From contig JBFRWI010000086.1 in NCBI GenBank assembly GCA_051439505.1, positions 32,001-96,000 on the forward strand: a stretch of DNA of 64,000 bases, in the 5' to 3' direction. Position numbers and translations under genes: made by a program. Source of the stretch: Hormoscilla sp. GTDB lineage: Bacteria > Cyanobacteriota > Cyanobacteriia > Cyanobacteriales > Desertifilaceae. The notes beneath the pieces were generated by a model. That model had not been told where the DNA came from and made no database searches. It saw nothing but the letters and a program-made list of their open reading frames with translations. Positions 10,901-18,648 of this stretch are shown piece after piece (position 1 is the stretch's first letter; each line of letters begins with the position of its first letter).

Positions 10901-11400
10901 TGGGTTGTAGCCTCGATAAAAACCGTCAGTTGAAACCCTCTAAACCAATCGGTCAATTTCGAGTTATCGTTGCCCAAAGCACTTAAAATTCCAATCACGG
11001 GGATGGCGATCGCCACGCTAGCAACGACTGTCATCAATGCTTTTTGCAGTCCTTGATGCAGAGTAATCTTTAAAATAGCGAGGCTGGTTAAGATGTTCGC
11101 CACACTGGCGAGAAAATAGTCTTCCTGCGAGGGGCTAGGAAGGATATATCTGATGGGAATATAGCCCTCGATCGCGGCTGCTGCGCCGGCAATGACTGAC
11201 AGAAGTGCTGCTAGGAGAAATATGGCTATTGCCCAACTCGGTTGCAGTCCCGCTTTGGCATAAGTGAAGTTGGCACCTTCTAGGTTGGCACCTGTAAAGT
11301 CGGCACTTCTAATGTCGCTGCGGGAAAAGTCCGCACCTTGTAGGTCTTCATTTTTGAAAGAACGTCCTTGATGAGAACGGCGATCTAGATTTAGAAACAT
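7939..11400 (-). CDS. Membrane protein: pentapeptide repeats, multi-TM region, pentapeptide repeats, coiled coil, CHAT (caspase-like) protease
   Basis: A(D/N)L/F repeats, many TM helices, ERRPSSGEF, RRLPWHLWDFF, catalytic FSGHS and FNSCDG, REPVP...WLPVICQNP. Confidence 0.88.
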   Translation of the reverse strand: MFLNLDRRSHQGRSFKNEDLQGADFSRSDIRSADFTGANLEGANFTYAKAGLQPSWAIAIFLLAALLSVIAGAAAAIEGYIPIRYILPSPSQEDYFLASVANILTSLAILKITLHQGLQKALMTVVASVAIAIPVIGILSALGNDNSKLTDWFRGFQLTVFIEATTQGTDRPIAVVIIGFFIAVAATTAAIIALALAVVLATIVTSPRVSNLAIAGAGTLAVIVAAITTKNRARYLCPKYFPPQIKESGILELLQILAVLSAVAIAVAVVYSIGKVALATIVPEPIVSSLAFAGAGIYAVIVYAITNQNLLESFCPQKHQDIKVLVVPPRQIILSQSLQILAVISAVAIAATIVYLSSKIARQVLAEDPQYNLIRQIGIFLGAIGGTSFRDANLTDANFSNATLKSSNFQIANTTRTFWWQARELNYARVDDTILIDPKVRDLLVSGDGEGKNYEGANLRGANLNSAHLKDANLRTADLTEASLHAACLDGANLTEVQVISANFTWAQMTGVSLENWNIDSSTQLDDVESRYVYLLEHPKPGTDDRERRPSSGEFAPGDFTSLFQEVLNTVDLIFRDGIDWRAFMSSFKQLQVENEGTELYIQGIENKGEGVIVVKVAVPPETSKARIHHEFMQIYEQSIKSLEEKYKLKLEGKEALIKRFREHNASLKRILEYVATHPMPFPKNPIISDRLVVIDLGPGNCAQGFIAVKAQIWSDGHSLPKNFPGKLPPQPEIPRLYQEWQGKHEHLRRLHENQGLKSRIKKKPGQVSQLSDRDMPDVKRDMKKLAKELEKQLDSWLNSEAFYPIQKKLRSQFNPEDRVRVIVQSEDSQLRRLPWHLWDFFQEYRSAEVALSLPEGNRIKKSVPDREKIRILAVMGDDEGIDVEKDRELLQSLPDAESVFLVKPDRASLDSSLWDDRGWDILCFSGHSTSKTDGNSGRFQLGDRDIKLEELEKALIYAIGRGLQLAIFNSCDGLGLARQLENLHIPQIIVMREPVPNPVAQAFLNNLLQAYASGKTLYVAVREAREKLQGLEDEFPCATWLPVICQNPAEFTKTWQELRGTVKPKFPELLEQLKAAIETEPGLTAEDKEQALEQVNMLASVGANPQKVAQRKQLNTAKWLLQGIIASLPAATQMSEALDNLLFYLSMNNHDM

Positions 11401-11468
11401 GGTTTTGGTGAATGTTGTTGTTACGTAGGGCGGGCGTCTCGCCTGCCCGGGAAGAGGACATAGGGCTG

Positions 11469-11680
11469 AATGGCACAGACTTAAGGGACAAAGTTATTAA
11501 TGTCATTGCGAGGGGGGTGGGAAAGCGAAAAATCATCATCTTACATTAGCATCCCCCCCGAAGCAATCTCCTGGGGAGCTGTTGGTGGGGAGATTGCTTC
11601 GGGGGGTCTGTTGGCGGAGTTCCCCAAAATCTCGGTTTGGGATCGCCCCCTCGCAATGACAGCTTAAGTCAGTGACCATT
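11469..11680. mobile_element. MITE-like nested palindrome
   Basis: Outer IR AATGGCACAGACTTAAG / CTTAAGTCAGTGACCATT; inner IRs TGTCATTGCGAGGGGG / CCCCCTCGCAATGACA and CCCCCCGAAGCAATCTCC / GGAGATTGCTTCGGGGGG; same core at 26597-26758. Confidence 0.75.
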
Positions 11681-11969
11681 ACTCGTACTCACGATCTACC
11701 TCATGTAGGGCTTTGTAAATCACCTCATCGCTAACCCCCCGACGCCTTAAACTATCTATCAACACCGATACTTTATCATTTTCCAATCGTTCCATATCTA
11801 CCCGCAAACCCTGACCAATATAAGCCCGCATTAATGGTTGATAACCAGAAAATCCCAGCACTAGCGCAACCTGTTTCAGGTCTGACACCACGTCCTCGGG
11901 CATGCGAATCGTTACCTCGGTCATGGGACGATTTTTATCCAATCTTTTTCGCAAAACTTCAGGTTTCAT
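11679..11969 (-). CDS. Ribbon-helix-helix (BrnA/CopG-like) antitoxin-type protein, no intact toxin partner
   Basis: RPMTEVTIRMPEDVVSDLK...GYQPLMRAYIGQGLR. Confidence 0.65.
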   Translation of the reverse strand: MKPEVLRKRLDKNRPMTEVTIRMPEDVVSDLKQVALVLGFSGYQPLMRAYIGQGLRVDMERLENDKVSVLIDSLRRRGVSDEVIYKALHEVDREYE

Positions 11970-12074
11970 GGTCTTACCGTTCCTTGCGCTTGGTTGGGCC
12001 GATCGCCCCATTACCGCTGGCGATATCGCCATACAGCACCGGTGATGACCGATCGGGGGGGGGACGCGGGTAGA

Positions 12075-12249
12075 CCAGAAACCGGGTTTCTGCGATGATT
12101 TTCGCATTACTACCGAGATCTTCAAAGAAACCCGGTTTCTCAACTCCCACCCGACGATCCCGTTTTGAAGACCAGAAACCGGGTTTCTGCGAGAATTTTC
12201 GCATCTACACCGAGATCTTGAAAGAAACCCGGTTTCTCAACTCCCACCA
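12075..12249. repeat. Two tandem copies of an AGAAACCGGGTTTCT...AGAAACCCGGTTTCT palindromic element
   Basis: About 75-bp units with inverted ends; related copies near 17890-17953 and 39700-39735. Confidence 0.8.
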
Positions 12250-12605
12250 GAATATAGATCCAACTCCTGAATCAATCATCCAACATTTTTAGTATATACC
12301 TCCAACGCCTGAATAGATCATTTAATTGCCTAAAAAAAATGTTAAATTGTATGAACACAAAAAAATCAGCGCATGACAAAATTACTCAATGCCATTGAGT
12401 AGTAAATTAAAATATTTAAAGCCAAGCATTTTGACTTTTGAGAATGTTTTAAAACGCTTATGGTGCGCGGATTTGCTGGCATTTATGATTGTTGAATTTC
12501 ATATTATTAAACTCCAGGTAACGAGTTGTATGCAACCGGTGAACGAGGGCTGCCCAACCGGTGGTGAAAAGGATGCACCGGTGGGCGGTGCCGGCGGTAC
12601 ACACC

Positions 12606-13532
12606 CTACAGGTGAAAGTCTTGAGTTACTTTCGCTTCTCCCAGGGTCACGGCAACGGTGAACTGTTCCCCCTCCTCCGCGCTGAATTCCAATTGAATAA
12701 AGTTGTCTGCTTCTCTGGAAAATGTTTCCAATACCTCCTCTCCTGATTCATCGATGACTATTAGTTTCAACCCCGATGGCAAGTAGATTTCATCTTTGGC
12801 AGGATGCACTTGCACCCTCATGTCTACTTCCATTTCGTCTGCGCCTGAAAGCAGGGAGACAACCAAGGCAACTGATTTCCCTTCTAGTTGCAGTCCTAAG
12901 TCAATCTCCCGACCCCGCGTGATTTCTAATGGCCTGTATCCCAGGGCAAAATTCATTTGTTCGCTGCTTAAAAGTTCTGACAATGTTTGCCAACTAGACT
13001 CGAACTGCTTATCGAACCATTGCCGCAAGTTGACTGGTTCTGCTTGGCGAATTTCACTCATGTACAGCAGCATTTCTTCGGGCGATCGCAGTTGAGTCAG
13101 AGGCACTTCCCGGGCGGGGGTTCTGACAAATCCCAAGACCGTCGCTTCTCGAAGAGATTGACTCAACCTGACAGCTACATAACCAACTCTATCCGACCAA
13201 ACCTCCGCAGGAATATGCATCACTTCGGCATTTGGCAAGACGGGGCGACATTCTAATTTGCCCAACTGCTTGACATCTAAATCTGCCACATCCAGGAATT
13301 TCAGCATCAGGGAGTTGCGACTGTCGCTACTTTCCCAATTGCTTTCCCATCCCATGCAGCGCAGGTAATATTCCACCGCGTAGACTGCTAAGCTATTCAG
13401 ATACACCTGTTTGCCTTTGCGCGGATGGGGTTGCTGGCGGCGACATTCTTGGGCAATTTCGTGGGCGCTAAAGGATAGGATAACTGTAAAAGTCAATGGT
13501 TCTGTTTCTGCTACTTTGCTCATCTTTAACAT
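12606..13532 (-). CDS. DUF1822 family protein (candidate anti-sigma factor)
   Basis: KQVYLNSLAVYAV, ADLDV..GKLECRPV, GYVAV.L...A.VLGF, VNLRQW, QVHP...YLPSGLKL, SREADNFIQLEF. Confidence 0.88.
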   Translation of the reverse strand: MLKMSKVAETEPLTFTVILSFSAHEIAQECRRQQPHPRKGKQVYLNSLAVYAVEYYLRCMGWESNWESSDSRNSLMLKFLDVADLDVKQLGKLECRPVLPNAEVMHIPAEVWSDRVGYVAVRLSQSLREATVLGFVRTPAREVPLTQLRSPEEMLLYMSEIRQAEPVNLRQWFDKQFESSWQTLSELLSSEQMNFALGYRPLEITRGREIDLGLQLEGKSVALVVSLLSGADEMEVDMRVQVHPAKDEIYLPSGLKLIVIDESGEEVLETFSREADNFIQLEFSAEEGEQFTVAVTLGEAKVTQDFHL

Positions 13533-13556
13533 ATCTGTTTGTTAGTCCTTAGTTAA

Positions 13557-14189
13557 TCAGTCCTGTAAATAATTATCGAAATAGGACTGGAATTTTCGCA
13601 AATTGCGCTTAAAAAAATTAGCAAGAGTTGAAACTGGGATTCCCATTGTCTGAGAAATACTCTCCCAGGTCTGGTCTTCAACGTATTTCGCCCAGGCGAT
13701 CGATTGAAAGGTGACGTCCGGACGCCCTCTGATATGTTCGGCCCGCAAAAGGTTTTCCGGGTCATCTGCTAGAAATTCTCGTACCAGTTCCGCGTCGGAG
13801 TCAACTGTTTCCGTTTGTTCCGAATCTAGGTCTATTTCCTCTAGGGATGGGATGGAAACGTTTCGTCTGTTCCGATTCTGATGTTCGCCGACAACATTTA
13901 AAAACTCATAACGCAGCATGTTGTTCACCCACGCCATGACTGGGTGTTCCGAATTGTATTCGTCAATAGTTTCGCAAATCTTCTGGAAGGTTCGCGAAAC
14001 TGCTTCATCATAAAGGTCTCGATAAACATTAGCTGGCCAATTCCCCCTTTGGGGATGACCGAGTTGGTTCGATCGCGTAATTTCATCTATTAACGAATTT
14101 AATGCTTGCTGTCGTTCCCTACTTTGCGCTCTCGTATTCTGAGCTTTTTGGGCGATCGCTTGCAGTCGGCGATCGAATTCATCTGTCAT
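13557..14189 (-). CDS. ECF-like sigma-70 family factor
   Basis: RBS AAGGAG. Region-2-like DLYDEAVSRTF..ICETIDEY...VMAWVN and region-4-like HTH TWESISQTMGIPVSTLANFF. Directly upstream of DUF1822. Confidence 0.8.
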   Translation of the reverse strand: MTDEFDRRLQAIAQKAQNTRAQSRERQQALNSLIDEITRSNQLGHPQRGNWPANVYRDLYDEAVSRTFQKICETIDEYNSEHPVMAWVNNMLRYEFLNVVGEHQNRNRRNVSIPSLEEIDLDSEQTETVDSDAELVREFLADDPENLLRAEHIRGRPDVTFQSIAWAKYVEDQTWESISQTMGIPVSTLANFFKRNLRKFQSYFDNYLQD

Positions 14190-14358
14190 TTGACTCTCCT
14201 TATTGCTATTAACTGTCACTTATCTCTTGGTCCGCTGACCCGCCGGTTTTCCCGCTGGTCCGCCGGTTTTCCCGCCGGTCCGGGGTGGCAACCACCGGCG
14301 GGCGATCGGGAAAGCTGCAATCCGACGATCGCCGGTGAATACCAGACCCAATCATTGA

Positions 14359-14410
14359 GCCTCTACTCTGTATTTGCCTGACGGGGGTAATTTTTTTCTC
14401 AAAATCATGG
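14359..14410 (-). promoter_or_regulatory. Putative autoregulatory ECF-type promoter of the sigma operon
   Basis: Minus strand reads ATGATTTTGAGAAAAAAA-N14-CAAAT-N8-GAGGC, with the same blocks and spacing as the three plus-strand copies. Confidence 0.6.
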
Positions 14411-14414
14411 AATT

Positions 14415-14432
14415 GTTACAAAACTTTACATT
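14415..14432. promoter_or_regulatory. HLR1 (RpaB-binding) direct repeat
   Basis: GTTACAAA-AC-TTTACATT is a perfect match to (G/T)TTACA(T/A)(T/A)-N2-(G/T)TTACA(T/A)(T/A). Confidence 0.65.
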
Positions 14433-14455
14433 TCGGGAGCGTCCAAAAAAATTCC

Positions 14456-14933
14456 TGTGATTTGCGAAAAAAAGTGGGCTGTACTTCCAAATGTTAATAG
14501 GAGGCAGGGACGAGGGGCGCCGGTCGGTGCCGGTGTAACGATGGCGTTCGTAGTGAGGACTTTAGTCCTCTCCAGGGCTAAAACCCTGACCGAGAACCGG
14601 TGAAACGCCAGTCCTAGGAGCCGGTGGAGGGCAGTTCCAGAAATTTTCTGTGATTTGCGAAAAAAACTGGGCTGTAAATCCAAATGTTAATAGGAGGCAG
14701 GGACGAGGGGCGCTGGTCGGTGCCAGTGTAACGCTGGCGTTCGTAGTGAGGACTTTAGTCCTCTCCAGGGCTCAAACCCTGACCGAGAACTGGTGCTACC
14801 TGTCCTCGGAGCCAGGGCCGGGCAGTTCGGTGAAAATTTTCACCAGATTTGCGAAAAAAACTGGGCTGTAAATCCAAGTCTTAATAGGAGGCAGGGACGA
14901 GGGGCGCTGGTCGGTGCCGGTGTAACGATGGCG
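14456..14933 (+). repeat. About 193-bp tandem repeat, 2.5 copies: promoter-like motif plus structured segment
   Basis: GATTTGCGAAAAAAA begins at 14459, 14652 and 14846; the third copy is truncated at a HIP1 site and runs into the first PEP-CTERM leader. Confidence 0.92.
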
Positions 14934-14983
14934 ATCGCTCGTTCAAGTTCACGTAATTTATATTCCAAGGAGGAAATTGTCCT

Positions 14984-15862
14984 ATGAACGCAATTAATAA
15001 ATTCTCAATGGCTACGCTTTCGTCAGCAATTGTCCTTTCAGGAACAGCCGCATCATCTGTGCAAGCAGCAACCTTATCTCCGGAGCCACAGCCGATCGAT
15101 TTAAGCACTTGGAAACAGGAACGTTTGCCAACGAATCGCAATTGGATGCGGGATAATGGCAATTGGGAAGTGAGTCCTGACGGAAAATCAGTGCTGCAAA
15201 CAATCAATGGAAAGCCAACTTTCTTTGTCAGTCCCGACGACTTTATCAACACGACCATCAACGGGAAAATTAAGGTCGAAACCCATATAGATGACGATTT
15301 GATCGGATTTGTGTTTGGTTATCAATCACCAGCAGTTAATCAATTCGATTTGATGCTGTTTGATTGGAAACAAACGGAACAAACTGTAGATAACTTAGGA
15401 AAAGCTCACGAAGGTTTCAGTTTAGCTAAAGTCGATGAAACGCTTAATAAATATAGTCCTTTTTGGAAACGGAAAAACGACACTGGTTTCAATGTGCTTG
15501 CATCTGACTATGGCAGTCGCAAGGGATGGAAAGATGAGACTGAACATGACTTTACTCTGCTTTATCAAAGCGATCGCGTCAAGATTGACATTGATGGAAA
15601 GACCATCTTTGATATTAGCGCAGATGAAGTAGGTGGAGAGTTTCAGGCCGGTCGCTTCGGTTTTTATAACTTTTCTCAAGGGGATGTTCTTTATTCGGGG
15701 TTTACCCAGAATGACATTCCACCCACCCCATCCACCCCATCCACCCCACCCAAAACTGTACCCGAACCATCTTCTGGATTGGGTTTATTGGCTTTTGGTG
15801 CAGTCGGTGCCGGTTCCCTGCTGAAGCGCAAGTTGCAAAAGAAAGCTTCTCTTAGCGCGTGA
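14984..15862 (+). CDS. PEP-CTERM surface protein with a thrombospondin C-terminal-like (L-lectin fold) domain
   Basis: Signal peptide; DDDLIGFVFGYQS, DWKQ and GRFGFYNFSQ motifs; VPEPSS, TM helix, basic tail. Confidence 0.8.
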   Translation: MNAINKFSMATLSSAIVLSGTAASSVQAATLSPEPQPIDLSTWKQERLPTNRNWMRDNGNWEVSPDGKSVLQTINGKPTFFVSPDDFINTTINGKIKVETHIDDDLIGFVFGYQSPAVNQFDLMLFDWKQTEQTVDNLGKAHEGFSLAKVDETLNKYSPFWKRKNDTGFNVLASDYGSRKGWKDETEHDFTLLYQSDRVKIDIDGKTIFDISADEVGGEFQAGRFGFYNFSQGDVLYSGFTQNDIPPTPSTPSTPPKTVPEPSSGLGLLAFGAVGAGSLLKRKLQKKASLSA

Positions 15863-15953
15863 CATCCCCCCGTCCTACGAACATATCTCAAGGAGAAACA
15901 AACAAGGAAAAACAAACATTGCCAAACTGTTCACCTTTTTGGAGGAAAAATCA

Positions 15954-16709
15954 ATGACTAAGTTAAGATGTAATTCTGCTGCAATCAAACATAGCCTGAC
16001 TGGAACGCTGCTGACACTCGGTCTGTTAATGACTGAAACCAATCAAGCAATTGCTGCCACTATCACTACAACCCTTACAGCCGACAACTACTACGGTCTC
16101 TATTATGGTAATGCTGACGGTAGTGATCTGACCTTTGTTGGTCGAAATGGCAAGGGGACTTTTCATGTTCCAGACAAGAATCCGCCTGTCCCCCTCTCTC
16201 CTTGTTCTGGTCTTCAGTGGGCTTGCCCTGAAGCCTGGGAATTCAACATGGACCCCGGCGATTACATATATGTCCTAGCCTGGGACTATGGCGGTTTGGG
16301 ATGGTGGCTTGGTGAGTTCCAAACACCAGATGGTTTGCTTCTGTCAAATACTAGCGATTGGGAATACACAACTGCTGGTCCCCACTCCGGTATTTCCGGT
16401 GACCTTCCCTCCCTGACAGATGTTAAGACCCAAATAGCTAGCGCCACTTGGTCTACTCCACAATTCTTGGTTTCAAATAATCCTTCTTCTAAGGGTACGA
16501 TTTCACAAGACATCTCTTTGGACGCTGATTATCTATGGAGCAATGGTCCCAACCATAGCGATTTTCTAATTTTCAGAACGAAAAAACCTGTTGTCTCCGA
16601 GACAGTCCCCGAACCGAGTTCTCTGCTGGGCTTACTTGCCTTTGGTGCTGTCGGTACGGGTTCGCTGCTGAAGCGCAAGTTGCAAAAGAAAGCTTCTCTT
16701 AGCGCCTGA
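15954..16709 (+). CDS. PEP-CTERM surface protein
   Basis: RBS GGAGG, signal peptide, LTADNYYGLYYG domain, VPEPSS...KRKLQKKASLSA. Confidence 0.85.
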   Translation: MTKLRCNSAAIKHSLTGTLLTLGLLMTETNQAIAATITTTLTADNYYGLYYGNADGSDLTFVGRNGKGTFHVPDKNPPVPLSPCSGLQWACPEAWEFNMDPGDYIYVLAWDYGGLGWWLGEFQTPDGLLLSNTSDWEYTTAGPHSGISGDLPSLTDVKTQIASATWSTPQFLVSNNPSSKGTISQDISLDADYLWSNGPNHSDFLIFRTKKPVVSETVPEPSSLLGLLAFGAVGTGSLLKRKLQKKASLSA

Positions 16710-16820
16710 CGTTCCCCCCGGACTACGAACCGCTGCCCGATCGCCCTCTTGTTCCGTGCGATCGGGCCCCTGGGCCTCCCCAAGTTCACGAAATTGAAAT
16801 CTCAAGGAGAAACGAATCCT

Positions 16821-17741
16821 ATGAATACGATCTCTAAATTATCAATGGCTGCGATCGCGACGGCAGCAGTCGTTCTGGGAACAGGAAAAACTGCACGGGC
16901 AGCTTCTCTTTCTCAGGAAATAGACGTACTCTGGTACGGTCAGCGGGGAATCTACAATGCAAAAATGTCTGAAATAGCAGAGAAAGCGAGCAGCTTCGAT
17001 CCTGCGGACGATGGCAGTCTGGACTGGAATCTCACTATCTGGAATCCCAGCGACCCAGCTCCCAACTTTTCCGATTACGATGTCTTCGTGATTGGGAACG
17101 CTTTTCCTCAAGCACGATACTTTGGGTTTGACGCTTCCGGGATCTTGAACAACAAAGATGCCATCTCAGCAGCGCGGGGCAATCGCACTTTTCTGAGCGG
17201 TCAAGATGCAGACTTACACTACATACTTAACGTTGGTCCACGTCCCGATGGTCCGCTTGGCTTTTTGGTGAATGCCGTTAACTGGGCTGCAAGTGGCACG
17301 GGGATGGGTATTGTCTCCCTTCCTGATGTTTACGATCAGTGGTGGCTCGATGAGAATTCCTTCTTGAAGGATGAATTGGAGGGATATGTATCCTATATAT
17401 ATGACGAGAGGGTTATTATCCCAACAGCAACTTCTGACTTTCCTGTTAATGAAGGGTTGACGACAGCAGGTCTGAGTAATTGGAAGCTTTCTGCTCACGC
17501 TGGCTTTAACAAAGATATCCCAGGCTACATATCAATCAATGATGCAGGATCGGCATGGAATTCTGATAATGTTATAACGATCGTCACTGGAAGCGAGGCT
17601 GATGGCTGCACGAATAATTGCAAAGACAACGTGAAAGTTCCCGAACCATCTTCGGTGTTGGGTTTATTCGCCTTTGGTGCAGTCGGTGCGGGTTCCCTGC
17701 TGAAGCGCCAGCTGCAAAAGAAAGCTTCTCTTAGCGCCTGA
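16821..17741 (+). CDS. PEP-CTERM surface protein
   Basis: RBS AAGGAG, signal peptide MNTISKLSMA, SGQDADLH...NAVNWAA domain, VPEPSS...KRQLQKKASLSA. Confidence 0.85.
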   Translation: MNTISKLSMAAIATAAVVLGTGKTARAASLSQEIDVLWYGQRGIYNAKMSEIAEKASSFDPADDGSLDWNLTIWNPSDPAPNFSDYDVFVIGNAFPQARYFGFDASGILNNKDAISAARGNRTFLSGQDADLHYILNVGPRPDGPLGFLVNAVNWAASGTGMGIVSLPDVYDQWWLDENSFLKDELEGYVSYIYDERVIIPTATSDFPVNEGLTTAGLSNWKLSAHAGFNKDIPGYISINDAGSAWNSDNVITIVTGSEADGCTNNCKDNVKVPEPSSVLGLFAFGAVGAGSLLKRQLQKKASLSA

Positions 17742-17948
17742 CTTTTCCCCCGTCCTACGAACCGCTGCCCGATCGCCCTCTTGGAGGAAGTGCGATCGGG
17801 CAGAGGGATCCTCTTGACTCTCCCTCCCGAAAGGCGATCGCCTCAAGCATCCTTTACAGTCATGCTGAGGTGCGATCGCGTTCCGATTGAGAAACCGGGT
17901 TTCTTTGTCAAATCTCGTTCTCCTGCCAATATTTTCCTAGAAACCCGG

Positions 17949-18490
17949 TTTCTGGCCGCCAGGGTTAAGGGGGTGCTGTTCGGGGCGCGATCGCCGTTTC
18001 TGAGGCGGCAACGATGGCGGGCGATCGCCTCCATTTCTGAACCACAATTTGCCCAATTTGTCAAGCAAAATTATTCCCAAAAACCCTGCAAAGATAAGGA
18101 CGGCAATAATATTTTCTGTCTTGAATAGCGATCGCCCTTGAATTAATCTTTCCTCTTTCCTCCTTCCTCTTTGACAACGGGCGTGAGGGCTTTGGTGGGC
18201 GGTGCCCACCCTACGTTATTACTACCATATTATGCTATTAGTCGGTTTTAACCGACTTGAGCTATTAGCCGGGGGTTTTAACCCCCGGCGGGCTGACAGC
18301 GAAGTTTCTGGCCGCGAGGGTGAAGGGGGTGCTGTTCGGGGGGCGATCGCCGTTTCTGAGGCGGCAACGATGGGGCGGGCGATCTGCTCTATCTTTTAAT
18401 CACAAATTACCTAATTTATCAAGCAGGATGATTCTCAAAAATCCCGCTCATATGAGCATAGCAATCGTCTGTTGCGAATAGCGATCGCTC
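17949..18490 (-). pseudogene. Two diverged direct copies (about 190 bp; 17949-18138 and 18305-18490) of a gene 3'-end fragment
   Basis: Shared TTTCTGGCCGC...GCGATCGCCGTTTCTGAGGCGGCAACGATGG...GAATAGCGATCGC. Minus strand gives IIAVLIFAGFLGIILLDKLGKLW, and the second copy contains stops. Confidence 0.6.
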
Positions 18491-18648
18491 TTTGGGGCAT
18501 AATTTATCTTTAATCCTATCCGCTAGCGCGATCGCCATCAAACCGGTATCCCTGAAGGCGGCCCATCTGGGTAAGGAGGGGGTTATTTTGTCCCTTTTTG
18601 ACGATGGGCCACCATTGGAGAGCTGTTTGCCAGTAATCGGAGATGATA

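Noticed and set aside
14456..14933. CRISPR array
   Set aside because: Whole 193-bp units are homologous, with no unique spacers and no cas genes in the window
14984..17741. Diversity-generating retroelement or integron behind the PEP-CTERM array
   Set aside because: No reverse transcriptase or integrase; the shared blocks do not show adenine-specific variation or attC structure
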